NCBI GenBank assembly: GCA_018716575.1
Contig: DVJR01000045.1
Span: 1 to 47,487, forward strand
Reading direction: 5' to 3'
DNA: 47,487 nucleotides
DNA from: Candidatus Scatomonas merdavium
Lineage (GTDB): Bacteria > Bacillota > Clostridia > Lachnospirales > Lachnospiraceae
The notes below the pieces were generated by a model. The model did not search any database and was not told the DNA's origin. It saw nothing but the letters and a program-made list of their open reading frames with translations. Shown in pieces: positions 1 to 8,545 of this stretch; within the stretch, counting starts at the first letter, position 1; every line of letters starts with the position of its first letter. The position numbers and the translations under genes were made by a program.

Positions 1-3
1 TCC

Positions 4-510
4 ATGAAGAAGTTGATGAAAGAAAAGCCGTTTGCCAAGATCAGTGTCATAGATATTTGTGAAGGCTGCGGGATGAACCGGAAAAGCTTTTATTATCATT
101 TTAAAGATAAGTACGATCTGGTCAACTGGATTTTTTATACGGATTTTATTTCGCTGGTGAGTGCCGGCAATTTTGAGAACGGCTGGGAGCTTCTGGTGGC
201 GGTGGGAGAACTCTTTTACCGCGATCAGCAGTTTTACAGAAGCGCGCTGAAGATAGAAGGACAGAATTCTTTTACGGACTATTTTTATGAGTCGATGACG
301 CCCATTGTCTCGTTCTTCCTGCGGGGCGACGGAGAAGAGGAGGAAAACGGCGACAGGGAAATTCTGATTACGTTTTTTTGTGACGCCTATCTGTCGGCAG
401 TAGTGCGGTGGCTGGAGGACGGCTGCCGGATGACGCCGGAGGAATTTGTGGGCAACCTGAAGGCCATGATACTGGAGATGGCCAGAAAAATAGTGGAAGA
501 AAAAGTGTAA
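4..510 (+). CDS. TetR/AcrR family transcriptional regulator (DhaS-like); true start probably upstream of the window
   Basis: N-terminal HTH KISVIDICEGCGMNRKSFYYHFKDKYDL; frame is open to the window edge. Confidence 0.85.
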   Translation: MKKLMKEKPFAKISVIDICEGCGMNRKSFYYHFKDKYDLVNWIFYTDFISLVSAGNFENGWELLVAVGELFYRDQQFYRSALKIEGQNSFTDYFYESMTPIVSFFLRGDGEEEENGDREILITFFCDAYLSAVVRWLEDGCRMTPEEFVGNLKAMILEMARKIVEEKV

Positions 511-519
511 TAAAAACAG

Positions 520-569
520 AAAGGAAAGCAATGACGGAGAATGAGGCTCCGGGCAGCGCTTTCCTTTTT
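520..569. terminator. probable intrinsic terminator between convergent genes
   Basis: aaggaaagc...gctttcctt outer stem, cggag/ctccg inner stem, T-run on +. Confidence 0.5.
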
Positions 570-592
570 GACACTGTATGCGCGGATTTGCG

Positions 593-1621
593 TCACTGAC
601 TGTTTCGAGGAAGAGCCATGGCGAAAATCTGCTCCAGAGAAATGGTATGGCGATAGTCAGTGATCAGAGCATTGTGGGTATGGATATCACCGTTCTCCAT
701 CAGCTCAAAGTAACAGGATTCCGAAGACATGATGCGGTCAATCTGAAGGGCGTCGCCGTAGAGATCGAAGATGATAAAGGGATCCGTGGGCTGAAGCCGT
801 GAATTCTTGGCATAGCAGAGCATGCGGTCCCGGGTGTCCCGGCTGCAGCCGTCTCTGGCGATCAGGATTACGAAGGAATTACGATAAGCCAGGGAATCCC
901 GGTGACGCTGTCCGCTGAGCCATTCTTCGCAGGTGGCGTCATCGTAATAGGCGTAAGTGCTGTACCAGGACTTCTGGCGCTGCATATGCGCTGCATTGGC
1001 AGCGCTGGAAGGGGTGCCGGCCGGGAATACGCACATGGTATTGGTGCAGGGCTTTAAAAGAGCCAGCTGCGCGGCCGTAAGCTCCTGATCCGGCAGAAGA
1101 AATAAAAACGCGCAGTCCCTGTAATTCCGGAACAGGTGTGCCAGGGCCTCCAGGCAGGACAGAGAACCGCTGCAGCGGATCAGATACGTATAGATGCCCA
1201 GGGGCCGCCCCTGCTTGATATAACTTTCGATTTCTGCCGGCGTGGTGCTTCCGGGCAGGGTGGGATCAATCCGGAGGATCAGAGCCCAGGGTATCTGAAA
1301 GGGCTTTTTCGCTTCTGTTTCCCGGATCACTTTCCCGCCGAAGGTCAGGCTGTTGTAGCCGAGATTAATGCCGAAATCCTTCAGGGCTTTCCGGTCGGTG
1401 TAGCGCAGAAGATTTTCAATGGCGGTATAATAGGGGCTGTCGTCGTTCCGCAGCAGCTCCAGAAAAATGGCATACACCTCCTGGAGAAAACGGCCTTTGG
1501 AAAACTGCCGTCCCAGATCGGTCAGCTTCCGGATACTGCGGCGCGGATCTTCTTCTATTTCGCGCAGACTGCGGTCGACGGTTGCGTCGACGATGGCGCG
1601 TGTAATGTTGTTTGGTTTCAA
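593..1621 (-). CDS. radical-SAM-like protein lacking the CxxxCxxC motif (probable pseudoenzyme)
   Basis: TTG start with AGGAGG RBS (cctcct 1631-1636); IPWALILRIDPT..YIKQGRPLGIY..DCAFL resembles clostridial radical SAM PWAILxDPT..QGKELG..DCxF, but the Cys triad is absent. Confidence 0.6.
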   Translation of the reverse strand: MKPNNITRAIVDATVDRSLREIEEDPRRSIRKLTDLGRQFSKGRFLQEVYAIFLELLRNDDSPYYTAIENLLRYTDRKALKDFGINLGYNSLTFGGKVIRETEAKKPFQIPWALILRIDPTLPGSTTPAEIESYIKQGRPLGIYTYLIRCSGSLSCLEALAHLFRNYRDCAFLFLLPDQELTAAQLALLKPCTNTMCVFPAGTPSSAANAAHMQRQKSWYSTYAYYDDATCEEWLSGQRHRDSLAYRNSFVILIARDGCSRDTRDRMLCYAKNSRLQPTDPFIIFDLYGDALQIDRIMSSESCYFELMENGDIHTHNALITDYRHTISLEQIFAMALPRNSQ

Positions 1622-1811
1622 GATACAGGACCTCCTGTGGGCTTATTCTGACTATAAATCAGTATAACGGATGGAAAAGGATTTTTGAATGGACAAAATA
1701 TGTGATCTGTCCGAAACAGAGAAAAGGAACTTTACGGGAATTTCATAATTTTTCCCTGTCAAAAAGGAAGGGATTGTGCTATAATCCAGACAGAATAAAG
1801 GGGTGAGATAA

Positions 1812-2681
1812 ATGAAATTTGACATGCATTGCCATACGAAGGAAGGTTCCCTGGACGGAAAGGTTGTGATTGAGGAGTATATCCGCCGCCTGAAGGAGAA
1901 GGGCTTTGGCGGCATGCTGGTTTCGGACCATAATTCCTACGACGGTTACCGGGAGTGGAAGAATTCCCTGAAAGGAAAAGCACACACGGACTTTGTAGTT
2001 TTAAAAGGCGTGGAATACGATACGCTGGACTGCGGGCATATGCTGATTATCATGCCCACCGGTATGAAACTGCGGATTCTGGAGATGCGGGGGCTTCCCA
2101 TTGTCGTGCTGATGAAGATTGTCCATCACTATGGTGGGATCATTGGCCCGGCTCACCCGTACGGGGAGAAATACTTAAGCGTAGTGACAACCAGAGAGCG
2201 CAAAGAACGCAAATATTCAAAGAACGGCAACCGGAAACTGATTGAGCAGTTTGATTTCATTGAGATATTTAATGCCTGTGAGAGTCCGGAGAGTAACCGG
2301 AAGGCGGCCAGGCTGGCACAGAAATACGGCTGTCCCGGATTCGGCGGCAGCGACGCCCACAAGCTGGATTGTATCGGGAAGGGATGGGCGGATCTGCCGG
2401 ATACCATCCGCAGTGAGAATGATCTGATCGCCTATGTAAAAGGAAAACCGCAGATTCGCTGCGGCGGTTCCTTTTATGAAAAAACGGTCAAGGAAAAGCT
2501 GGGAAAACTGAATGTGGTCCGGCTGGACGGCTTTTTCTTTTTTAATAAGCTGGGAGCTGCCAGCAGACGCCGGAAACGAAAAAAGGAATTAAAGCGCATT
2601 TTCCCGGAATACAAGGAAGCAAAGAAGCATCCGGAGGATTTTCAGGAGAATCCGGAAGAGTTTCCGGGAATTCAGAATTAA
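1812..2681 (+). CDS. PHP-domain metal-dependent phosphoesterase
   Basis: DMHCHT, SDHN, GVE, GH, AHP and GGSDAH motifs; TGcTATAAT at about 1777-1785 upstream. Confidence 0.88.
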   Translation: MKFDMHCHTKEGSLDGKVVIEEYIRRLKEKGFGGMLVSDHNSYDGYREWKNSLKGKAHTDFVVLKGVEYDTLDCGHMLIIMPTGMKLRILEMRGLPIVVLMKIVHHYGGIIGPAHPYGEKYLSVVTTRERKERKYSKNGNRKLIEQFDFIEIFNACESPESNRKAARLAQKYGCPGFGGSDAHKLDCIGKGWADLPDTIRSENDLIAYVKGKPQIRCGGSFYEKTVKEKLGKLNVVRLDGFFFFNKLGAASRRRKRKKELKRIFPEYKEAKKHPEDFQENPEEFPGIQN

Positions 2682-2684
2682 TGC

Positions 2685-2713
2685 TTTACAATTCGGACGG
2701 GTTATGATAGAAT
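2685..2713 (+). promoter_or_regulatory. sigma-A promoter of rpsF-rpsR
   Basis: TTTACA (2685-2690), 17 bp spacer, TAGAAT (2708-2713) with extended TG. Confidence 0.75.
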
Positions 2714-2719
2714 CATACC

Positions 2720-2794
2720 TTGTGGGGACGAACCCCGCATCCTTGTTTCCTGCGAAAAATCAGGAAGCCAAAAGACCAGAAGGAGGAAAACAGC
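2720..2794 (+). promoter_or_regulatory. S6:S18 ribosomal protein autoregulatory leader
   Basis: hairpin tgtgggg/ccccgca, then tcctt..ttcctg/caggaa..gaccagaaggagg in which tcctt can pair with the RBS; typical Firmicute rpsF leader layout. Confidence 0.65.
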
Positions 2795-3085
2795 ATGAAC
2801 AAGTATGAATTAGCTTTAGTTGTGAGTGCCAAACTGGAAGATGAGGAGAGAGCAGCTGTTGTTGAGAAGGCAAAAGGCTACATCACCCGTTACGGCGGCG
2901 TGATCGGAGAAGTGGAAGAGTGGGGCAAGAAGAGACTTGCTTACGAAATCCAGCATCAGCGCGAAGGTTTCTACTATTTTATTCAGTTTGAAGCAGATGC
3001 AGCATGTCCGGCGGAAGTGGAAAGACACGCACGCATTATGGACAATGTGCTGAGATACCTGGTTGTCCGCAAAGATGCCCAGTAA
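2795..3085 (+). CDS. rpsF: 30S ribosomal protein S6
   Basis: MNKYEL..EEWGKKRLAYEI..EGFY..VLRYLV; AGGAGG RBS before ATG 2795 (ORF-track start 2720 is too long). Confidence 0.97.
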   Translation: MNKYELALVVSAKLEDEERAAVVEKAKGYITRYGGVIGEVEEWGKKRLAYEIQHQREGFYYFIQFEADAACPAEVERHARIMDNVLRYLVVRKDAQ

Positions 3086-3128
3086 TTGATTCGATTGAAT
3101 AATGAGATTGTAGAAGGAGGAAAATCAG

Positions 3129-3389
3129 ATGGCATTCGAAAATAATGAGAGAGAAGATGCTCCCGTCAGAAAGAGAGCACCGCGCAGAAGAAGAAAAGTA
3201 TGCGTGTTCTGCGGAAAAGATAATGTGATTGATTACAAAGACGTAAATAAACTGAAAAGATACGTTTCCGAGAGAGGAAAAATTCTTCCCAGAAGAGTGA
3301 CCGGAAACTGCGCGAAACATCAGAGAGCTATTACTGTGGCTATCAAGCGCGCAAGACACATGGCGATTATGCCGTATGTGGAAGAGTAA
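3129..3389 (+). CDS. rpsR: 30S ribosomal protein S18 (Zn-binding form)
   Basis: [34 protein letters not shown]. Confidence 0.98.
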   Translation: MAFENNEREDAPVRKRAPRRRRKVCVFCGKDNVIDYKDVNKLKRYVSERGKILPRRVTGNCAKHQRAITVAIKRARHMAIMPYVEE

Positions 3390-3399
3390 CTGAGAATAG

Positions 3400-3441
3400 A
3401 AAAAACCCTGGTGCAGATACTTTCTGTGCCGGGGTTTTTTT
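3400..3441 (+). terminator. intrinsic terminator after rpsR
   Basis: aaaaaccctggtgcaga/tctgtgccggggttttttt stem plus U-tract. Confidence 0.85.
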
Positions 3442-3498
3442 GCCAAAAGGAATGAAATAGGATATAATAACAAAAAGGGTAAAAGGAGGTGAACGGCA

Positions 3499-4287
3499 GT
3501 GGGACTTTGCGCGTTTCTCGGACTTCTGATTCCGCTGGCCGGAACTACGGCGGGGGCGGCCTGCGTATTCCTGCTGAAGAAGGCTTTTGCCGGACGTGTT
3601 CAGAAGACGCTTCTGGGCTTTGCGTCAGGAGTTATGGTGGCGGCTTCAGTCTGGTCGCTGTTGATTCCGGCTATGGATATGTCGGAGAATATGGGAAGAC
3701 TGGCCTGGATTCCGGCGGCTTCGGGACTGCTGCTGGGTATATTTTTTCTCCTTTTTATGGATAAAAACGTGCCGCATCTGCATCTGGACGCAGAGCGGCC
3801 GGAAGGAGCACATGAGAGAAAGAATCTTAGCAAAACCATGATGATGGTCATGGCTGTAGTGCTGCATAATATACCGGAGGGGATGGCCGTAGGCGTGGTG
3901 TTTGCAGGAATCCAGGCGGGGCAGAGCGACATTACTGCTGCAGGGGCCTATACGCTGGCGCTTGGAATCGCCATTCAGAATTTTCCGGAGGGAGCGATTA
4001 TTTCCATGCCTCTGCGAAGCGCCGGACTCTCGAAGGGAAAGGCATTTCTCTATGGTTTTCTTTCCGGTGTGGTGGAGCCGGCGGCAGCGGTGGTGACAGT
4101 TCTGGTGACAGGGCTGATTACGCCGGTATTGCCTTATCTTCTGGCATTCGCAGCGGGGGCCATGCTCTATGTGGTAGTGGAGGAACTGATTCCGGAATCG
4201 GCGGAGGGAGAGCATTCCAACGCGGGGACTCTGTCTTTTGCGGCGGGATTTGTGATAATGATGATACTGGATGTAGCTCTGGGCTGA
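3499..4287 (+). CDS. ZIP family divalent metal transporter (ZupT/GufA-like)
   Basis: GFASGVM, His-rich loop PHLHLD, LHNIPEG, IQNFPEG, VEELIPE; GTG start with AGGAGG. Confidence 0.92.
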   Translation: MGLCAFLGLLIPLAGTTAGAACVFLLKKAFAGRVQKTLLGFASGVMVAASVWSLLIPAMDMSENMGRLAWIPAASGLLLGIFFLLFMDKNVPHLHLDAERPEGAHERKNLSKTMMMVMAVVLHNIPEGMAVGVVFAGIQAGQSDITAAGAYTLALGIAIQNFPEGAIISMPLRSAGLSKGKAFLYGFLSGVVEPAAAVVTVLVTGLITPVLPYLLAFAAGAMLYVVVEELIPESAEGEHSNAGTLSFAAGFVIMMILDVALG

Positions 4288-4295
4288 CGGAAGGT

Positions 4296-4703
4296 ATGGA
4301 AAGGGATGAAAAGGATATGGATTACGAACAGGATTACATCATGCGGCTTATCAAGGATATGGCACGAATGATTGCCAGGCTTCTGCTGGGAAAAGATTCG
4401 CCGGCTTATGAGCTGCCGGAGGAGGAAGAGAAGGACAGCGGGGCTGACGCCGCATACAGGGAGCTGGCCCGTCTGATTGACGAGGGCAGGATCAATGAGG
4501 CGGAAAACAGGCTTTGCGATTATCTGGATCAGGGAAGTGGAAGCAGGGAAGAGCTGGCTGCCGCCCTGGGGTTTTATGACCATTTAAGCGGCTGCTCCGA
4601 GGATTTTCTGGAGGAGCATGATTATTCCAGAGAAGAGATATATGACGGGCTTCGGGAGCTGGCGGCGAGATTTGGCGTAACGGGCCTGGACATTCGCATG
4701 TGA
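4296..4703 (+). CDS. small acidic helical protein, DUF6483-like (start may be 4317)
   Basis: EQDYIMRLIKDM..GRINEAEN..FLEEHDYSREEI pattern. Confidence 0.6.
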   Translation: MERDEKDMDYEQDYIMRLIKDMARMIARLLLGKDSPAYELPEEEEKDSGADAAYRELARLIDEGRINEAENRLCDYLDQGSGSREELAAALGFYDHLSGCSEDFLEEHDYSREEIYDGLRELAARFGVTGLDIRM

Positions 4704-4738
4704 GAGAGAAGAGACAAAGGAAAGGCAGGTGACGGACA

Positions 4739-5932
4739 GTGGCAGAGAGGGTTTTTTTGATCGTGCTGGACAGCTTTGGCATCGGATACGCGCCGGATGC
4801 AGAGCTTTTCGGTGATACGGGAGCCAATACGCTGGCTTCCGTCAGAAAATCGAAGGAGTTTTATGTACCCTGCATGGAGAGGCTGGGCCTGTTCCGCATT
4901 GACGGCGTTGAGCCGTATGCGGAAGTGAGCGGCCGGGAGCAGCGGAAAGATCGGAGACAGAGTGCTGAATGTGGAAAAGGGCCGGCCGGAGCATACGGAC
5001 GCCTTCGGGAGCTGTCCATGGGAAAGGACACGACAGTCGGACACTGGGAGCTGGCCGGCGTGGTGTCTGAGAAGCCGCTTCCCACCTATCCGGAGGGCTT
5101 TCCGGAGGAGATTATCAGAGCCTTTGAACAGGCGACAGGCCGGAAGGTTCTCTGCAACAGGCCCTATTCCGGAACAGAGGTCATCCGGGATTACGGAGAA
5201 GAGCAGATGCGGACCGGCGGCCTCATCGTCTACACCTCTGCCGACAGTGTTTTTCAGATCGCTGCCCATGAAGCGGTGATACCGCCGGAGGAACTGTACG
5301 GCTACTGCCGGATTGCCAGAGGGCTGCTGACGGGAGAGCACGGCGTGGGACGCGTCATCGCCCGGCCTTTTGAAGGGGAGCCGGGCAGTTTTGTGCGGAC
5401 TCCCAGACGCCATGATTTCTCTCTGGAGCCCCCGGGAAAAACCGTGTTGGACCGGGTACTGGAGGCGGGCCTTTATACTGTCAGCGTTGGAAAAATCCGT
5501 GATATATTTGCGGGCAGAGGCATTGAAGAAGCTATTCCCACCGGAAGCAACCGGGAGGGGATGGAAGCGGCAGAGAAACTGCTGGACAGGGATTTTCGCG
5601 GGCTTTGTTTCGTGAACCTGGTGGATTTCGATATGAAGTACGGACACAGAAGGGACGTGGACGGCTACGCCGCGGCTCTGTCGGAATTCGACCGGTGGCT
5701 GGCGGGATTTCTGGAAGGAATGAGACAGGAGGACGTGCTGATGATCACGGCGGATCATGGCTGTGATCCCGGCTTTTCCGGGACGGATCATACCAGGGAG
5801 TATGTGCCGCTTCTGATATACGGCGCGGAAGTGCGGCCGGAGAATCTGGGTACCGGAGAGTTTTCTCTCGCTGCCCGGAAGGTTCTGGATTTTCTGGGGC
5901 TTTCGCAAGAGGGGGAGGAGATAGAAAAATGA
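4739..5932 (+). CDS. deoB: phosphopentomutase
   Basis: VLDSFGIG, GKDTTVGHWE, YTSADSVFQIAAHE, RVIARPF, NLVDFD..GHRRD, TADHGCDP, DHTREYVP. Confidence 0.96.
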   Translation: MAERVFLIVLDSFGIGYAPDAELFGDTGANTLASVRKSKEFYVPCMERLGLFRIDGVEPYAEVSGREQRKDRRQSAECGKGPAGAYGRLRELSMGKDTTVGHWELAGVVSEKPLPTYPEGFPEEIIRAFEQATGRKVLCNRPYSGTEVIRDYGEEQMRTGGLIVYTSADSVFQIAAHEAVIPPEELYGYCRIARGLLTGEHGVGRVIARPFEGEPGSFVRTPRRHDFSLEPPGKTVLDRVLEAGLYTVSVGKIRDIFAGRGIEEAIPTGSNREGMEAAEKLLDRDFRGLCFVNLVDFDMKYGHRRDVDGYAAALSEFDRWLAGFLEGMRQEDVLMITADHGCDPGFSGTDHTREYVPLLIYGAEVRPENLGTGEFSLAARKVLDFLGLSQEGEEIEK

Positions 5933-6948
5933 ACAGGGCGTTGACGGATTTGGAGTTTATGGCTTATGAAGCGGTGCTGTATCTGCGTTTTTTGTCAGAG
6001 GATTATCCGTTTCTGACGGCCAGGCGACCGAAGCTGGAGGAGTGGCTGCGGCAGCTGCGGACGGATGGCCCGGGCTCAGAAGGGAAGAGGAGCTGCCAGG
6101 TGCCGGAACAGGCGCTGAAGCTGCTTGAAGAGGCGGAGAGAGAGCTGGAAGAGTCTGACAGCCGGGAACAGGCAGAGCTTTTGAAGAAGTATCCGCTGCC
6201 TTTTCCGGAGGATAAGGGCATCGACAGAGACAGTCTGCTGCTGGCGGCTGACCGGGCGCTGGAGCAGGAGACGGCAGGGCTGGAAGCGCTTTTTCCGGAA
6301 CGGGATTTTTCTGAAAAGCTGTGGAAAATATTCTTTGAGAATCTGTCCGGCGTCCCTGTGGGCAGGGATGAAGCCACCGAAAAAGCGATCCGGCGGTCCG
6401 GACAGGAGTGCACTCAGGTAATGCGGAAAAGCTTTCCGACAGATAGTTACGGCCTGACGTCATTCTATCGGAAAGCGGCAGAACGTTGTATCGGAGCCTG
6501 GACGGATTGCCTGTGCGGAAAATACGGCTCATTTCTGTCACGTCTGCCTGACCGGGAGAGAGCGATGGATGAGCTGGGCAGACGGCTGGTGCGAAATCCC
6601 TTTCCGGATTTCCACTGGGCGGGAAGTATTATGCCTTCCGGAGCGCTTCTTCAGAGAAATATCGCCCTTCATGTACAGGCCGAGATCAGGCATTCACTGA
6701 CAGAGTGGGCGGTGGAGAGAAAACAGTACCGGGATTTTTTCCGGAAAACCCTGTTCCGCTTTCTGGCGGAGGAGACAAAGCGCTGGGAAGAGATTCTGCG
6801 GCGGGCGGCGGCCGAAGGGATAAAAAACAGAGAGGAAAACTCCGCCGGAGATCTGGCACGCCGCCGGCGCCACCGGGAAATGATAAAATATTACCGGATG
6901 CAGCTGGGAAGTCAGATGGAAGAAGCGGAAGAGATTCCGGAAAAATAA
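5929..6948 (+). CDS. hypothetical helical protein, 339 aa
   Basis: ATGA overlap with the deoB stop, GGAG RBS upstream; no motif recognised. Confidence 0.7.
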   Translation: MNRALTDLEFMAYEAVLYLRFLSEDYPFLTARRPKLEEWLRQLRTDGPGSEGKRSCQVPEQALKLLEEAERELEESDSREQAELLKKYPLPFPEDKGIDRDSLLLAADRALEQETAGLEALFPERDFSEKLWKIFFENLSGVPVGRDEATEKAIRRSGQECTQVMRKSFPTDSYGLTSFYRKAAERCIGAWTDCLCGKYGSFLSRLPDRERAMDELGRRLVRNPFPDFHWAGSIMPSGALLQRNIALHVQAEIRHSLTEWAVERKQYRDFFRKTLFRFLAEETKRWEEILRRAAAEGIKNREENSAGDLARRRRHREMIKYYRMQLGSQMEEAEEIPEK

Positions 6949-6965
6949 AAAAGCGAGATGTAAAA

Positions 6966-7083
6966 GAGGCTGTGCAAAAGCGATTTTGAAGTGCAAGCAG
7001 CCGCCAGATATAGCAATAATCCCCGGGATTATTCTATATCTGACGGCTTATCACACACTCAATTGGCCTTTTGCAGCAGCCTC
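6966..7083. repeat. 118-bp nested imperfect inverted repeat
   Basis: outer arms gaggctgtgcaaaag / cttttgcagcagcctc; inner arms agccgccagatatagcaataatccc / gggattattctatatctgacggct. Confidence 0.85.
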
Positions 7084-7191
7084 GTTTTCGCATAAGTCCT
7101 GCAGACGGCCGTCATGTCTGCGGCGCGAAGCCAGTCTTTCAGGACGTGAACGGCTGTGCGCCGGAGGAATGACTTTTCTGTTTTCGGCGCT

Positions 7192-7812
7192 TCAGTCGCA
7201 GGACGGACAGGAAGCCGGCGAGTCGAAGGAAGGATTGAAGGCGTAGAAGTTTCGTGAGTCAAGCTGATCCTGGACGCTTCGGATGGCTTCCCCGAATCTC
7301 TGAAAATGAACGATTTCCCGGGCCCGGAGGAAGCGGATCGGGTCGGCTACCTCAGGATCTTTTACCAGGCGCAGGATGTTGTCATAGGTGGAGCGGGCTT
7401 TCTGCTCCGCAGCCAGATCCTCAAAGAGATCGGTCAGCGGGTCGCCTTTGCTCTGAAATTCACAGGCGTTAAAGGGAATGCCGCCGGCGGCCTGGGGCCA
7501 GATTCCCGCGGTGTGATCTACGTAATAGCTGGCAAAGCCGGAGCTCTCGATTTCCTCCATGGTCAGGTTGCAGGTGAGCTGGTGGACGATGGTAGCTACC
7601 ATCTCCAGGTGTCCCAGCTCTTCGGTCCCTACATCATTCAGGATGCCCATGGTGGTACGGTTGGGCGCTGCGAACCGCTGGGACAGATAGCGCATGGAAG
7701 CGCCCATTTCTCCATCAGGGCCGCCGTACTGGCTGATGATGATCTGAGCCAGTTTGGCGTTGGGACGGGTAATATTGATCGGGTACTGAAGCCGTTTCTC
7801 ATAATTCCACAT
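7192..7812 (-). CDS. cotJC: spore coat protein CotJC (manganese catalase family)
   Basis: MWNYEKRLQYP, QYGGPDGE, YLSQ, GTEELGHLEM, AAEQKAR, REIVHFQRFGE. Confidence 0.95.
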   Translation of the reverse strand: MWNYEKRLQYPINITRPNAKLAQIIISQYGGPDGEMGASMRYLSQRFAAPNRTTMGILNDVGTEELGHLEMVATIVHQLTCNLTMEEIESSGFASYYVDHTAGIWPQAAGGIPFNACEFQSKGDPLTDLFEDLAAEQKARSTYDNILRLVKDPEVADPIRFLRAREIVHFQRFGEAIRSVQDQLDSRNFYAFNPSFDSPASCPSCD

Positions 7813-7813
7813 A

Positions 7814-8098
7814 CTATCGGCAGCCTCCTTTCCTGTTCAGCTCCCATGGCCATGGCTGATTAACCCATTCCCAGGAACGGGAGCAGGTGTCGTTGGCGGA
7901 GTCAATGGTGAGCGGCCCGTAGGTGCGGGCATATTCTTCCAGGGCTTCGTTTCGCAGTGCGGATTTCTCTTCAAAATAAGCGCGGGCTTCTTCGTCGTCC
8001 GGATGGGTATCCAGATAGAGAATCATATCGTCGACAGCGAAGCTGACCTGATTGATTCGGTTTAACAGCTGCTCTTTGGACAATTTGTTCTGCATCAT
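7814..8098 (-). CDS. cotJB: spore coat protein CotJB
   Basis: SFAVDDMILYLDTHP..YGPLT..WEWVNQPWPWE; AAGGAGG RBS; ATGA overlap with the cotJA stop. Confidence 0.92.
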   Translation of the reverse strand: MMQNKLSKEQLLNRINQVSFAVDDMILYLDTHPDDEEARAYFEEKSALRNEALEEYARTYGPLTIDSANDTCSRSWEWVNQPWPWELNRKGGCR

Positions 8099-8385
8099 CG
8101 ACAGACGCCACCTCCTTTGCCGCAGAAGGGCCTGCAAAGAACGGGAAAGATTGTTCCCATCTGCAGGGCTTTGCACAGCTCGAACGTTTCGCCCCATTTC
8201 TGGAAGGGAACATAGCCCATGGCCAGGGGAAGGTGATCGTCGAGATGACGGTACATTTCTCCTCTCTGTGCGGGATTCATACAATTCTGTGACTGGCGGA
8301 AATTATTCTGACGCTGTGGCTGGCGCTGGCAGCCGTTCTGGCTGACGGAGCGGCAGCCGCCGCGGTTCATACGATAACTATCCAT
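8095..8385 (-). CDS. cotJA: spore coat protein CotJA
   Basis: PLAMGYVPFQKW..ALQMGTIFPVL; first gene of the cotJ operon. Confidence 0.88.
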   Translation of the reverse strand: MDSYRMNRGGCRSVSQNGCQRQPQRQNNFRQSQNCMNPAQRGEMYRHLDDHLPLAMGYVPFQKWGETFELCKALQMGTIFPVLCRPFCGKGGGVCR

Positions 8386-8417
8386 ATACTTCCTTTCTTT
8401 GAAATTGCTTCAATATT

Positions 8418-8445
8418 ATTTTATGAAAGAGGTTTTAAAGTGTCA
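8418..8445 (-). promoter_or_regulatory. putative sigma-E/sigma-K mother-cell promoter of cotJ
   Basis: CATAAAAT -10 on minus strand (8418-8425) with GAC 16 nt upstream. Confidence 0.5.
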
Positions 8446-8499
8446 GTAATAGTTTTTTCAGAAAAAGAAAGGATATGCTGGAAATGAAAGCCGGAGGAC

Positions 8500-8527
8500 A
8501 AAAAAAGAGCGCCTTAAAGCGCTCTTT
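8500..8527 (-). terminator. intrinsic terminator of pit-DUF47
   Basis: aaagagcgc/gcgctcttt stem with U-tract on the minus strand. Confidence 0.8.
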
Positions 8528-8545
8528 GAGAAGCTGAAAGATTTT

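Noticed and set aside
2631-2672. Imperfect 21-bp tandem repeat in the PHP tail (PEDFQEN PEEFPGI)
   Set aside because: Only two degenerate units in a low-complexity tail
2720-2794. N-terminal extensions in the ORF track (rpsF, cotJB, yitT, ldhA, pta, queH)
   Set aside because: Downstream starts have better RBS or overlap context and match family lengths
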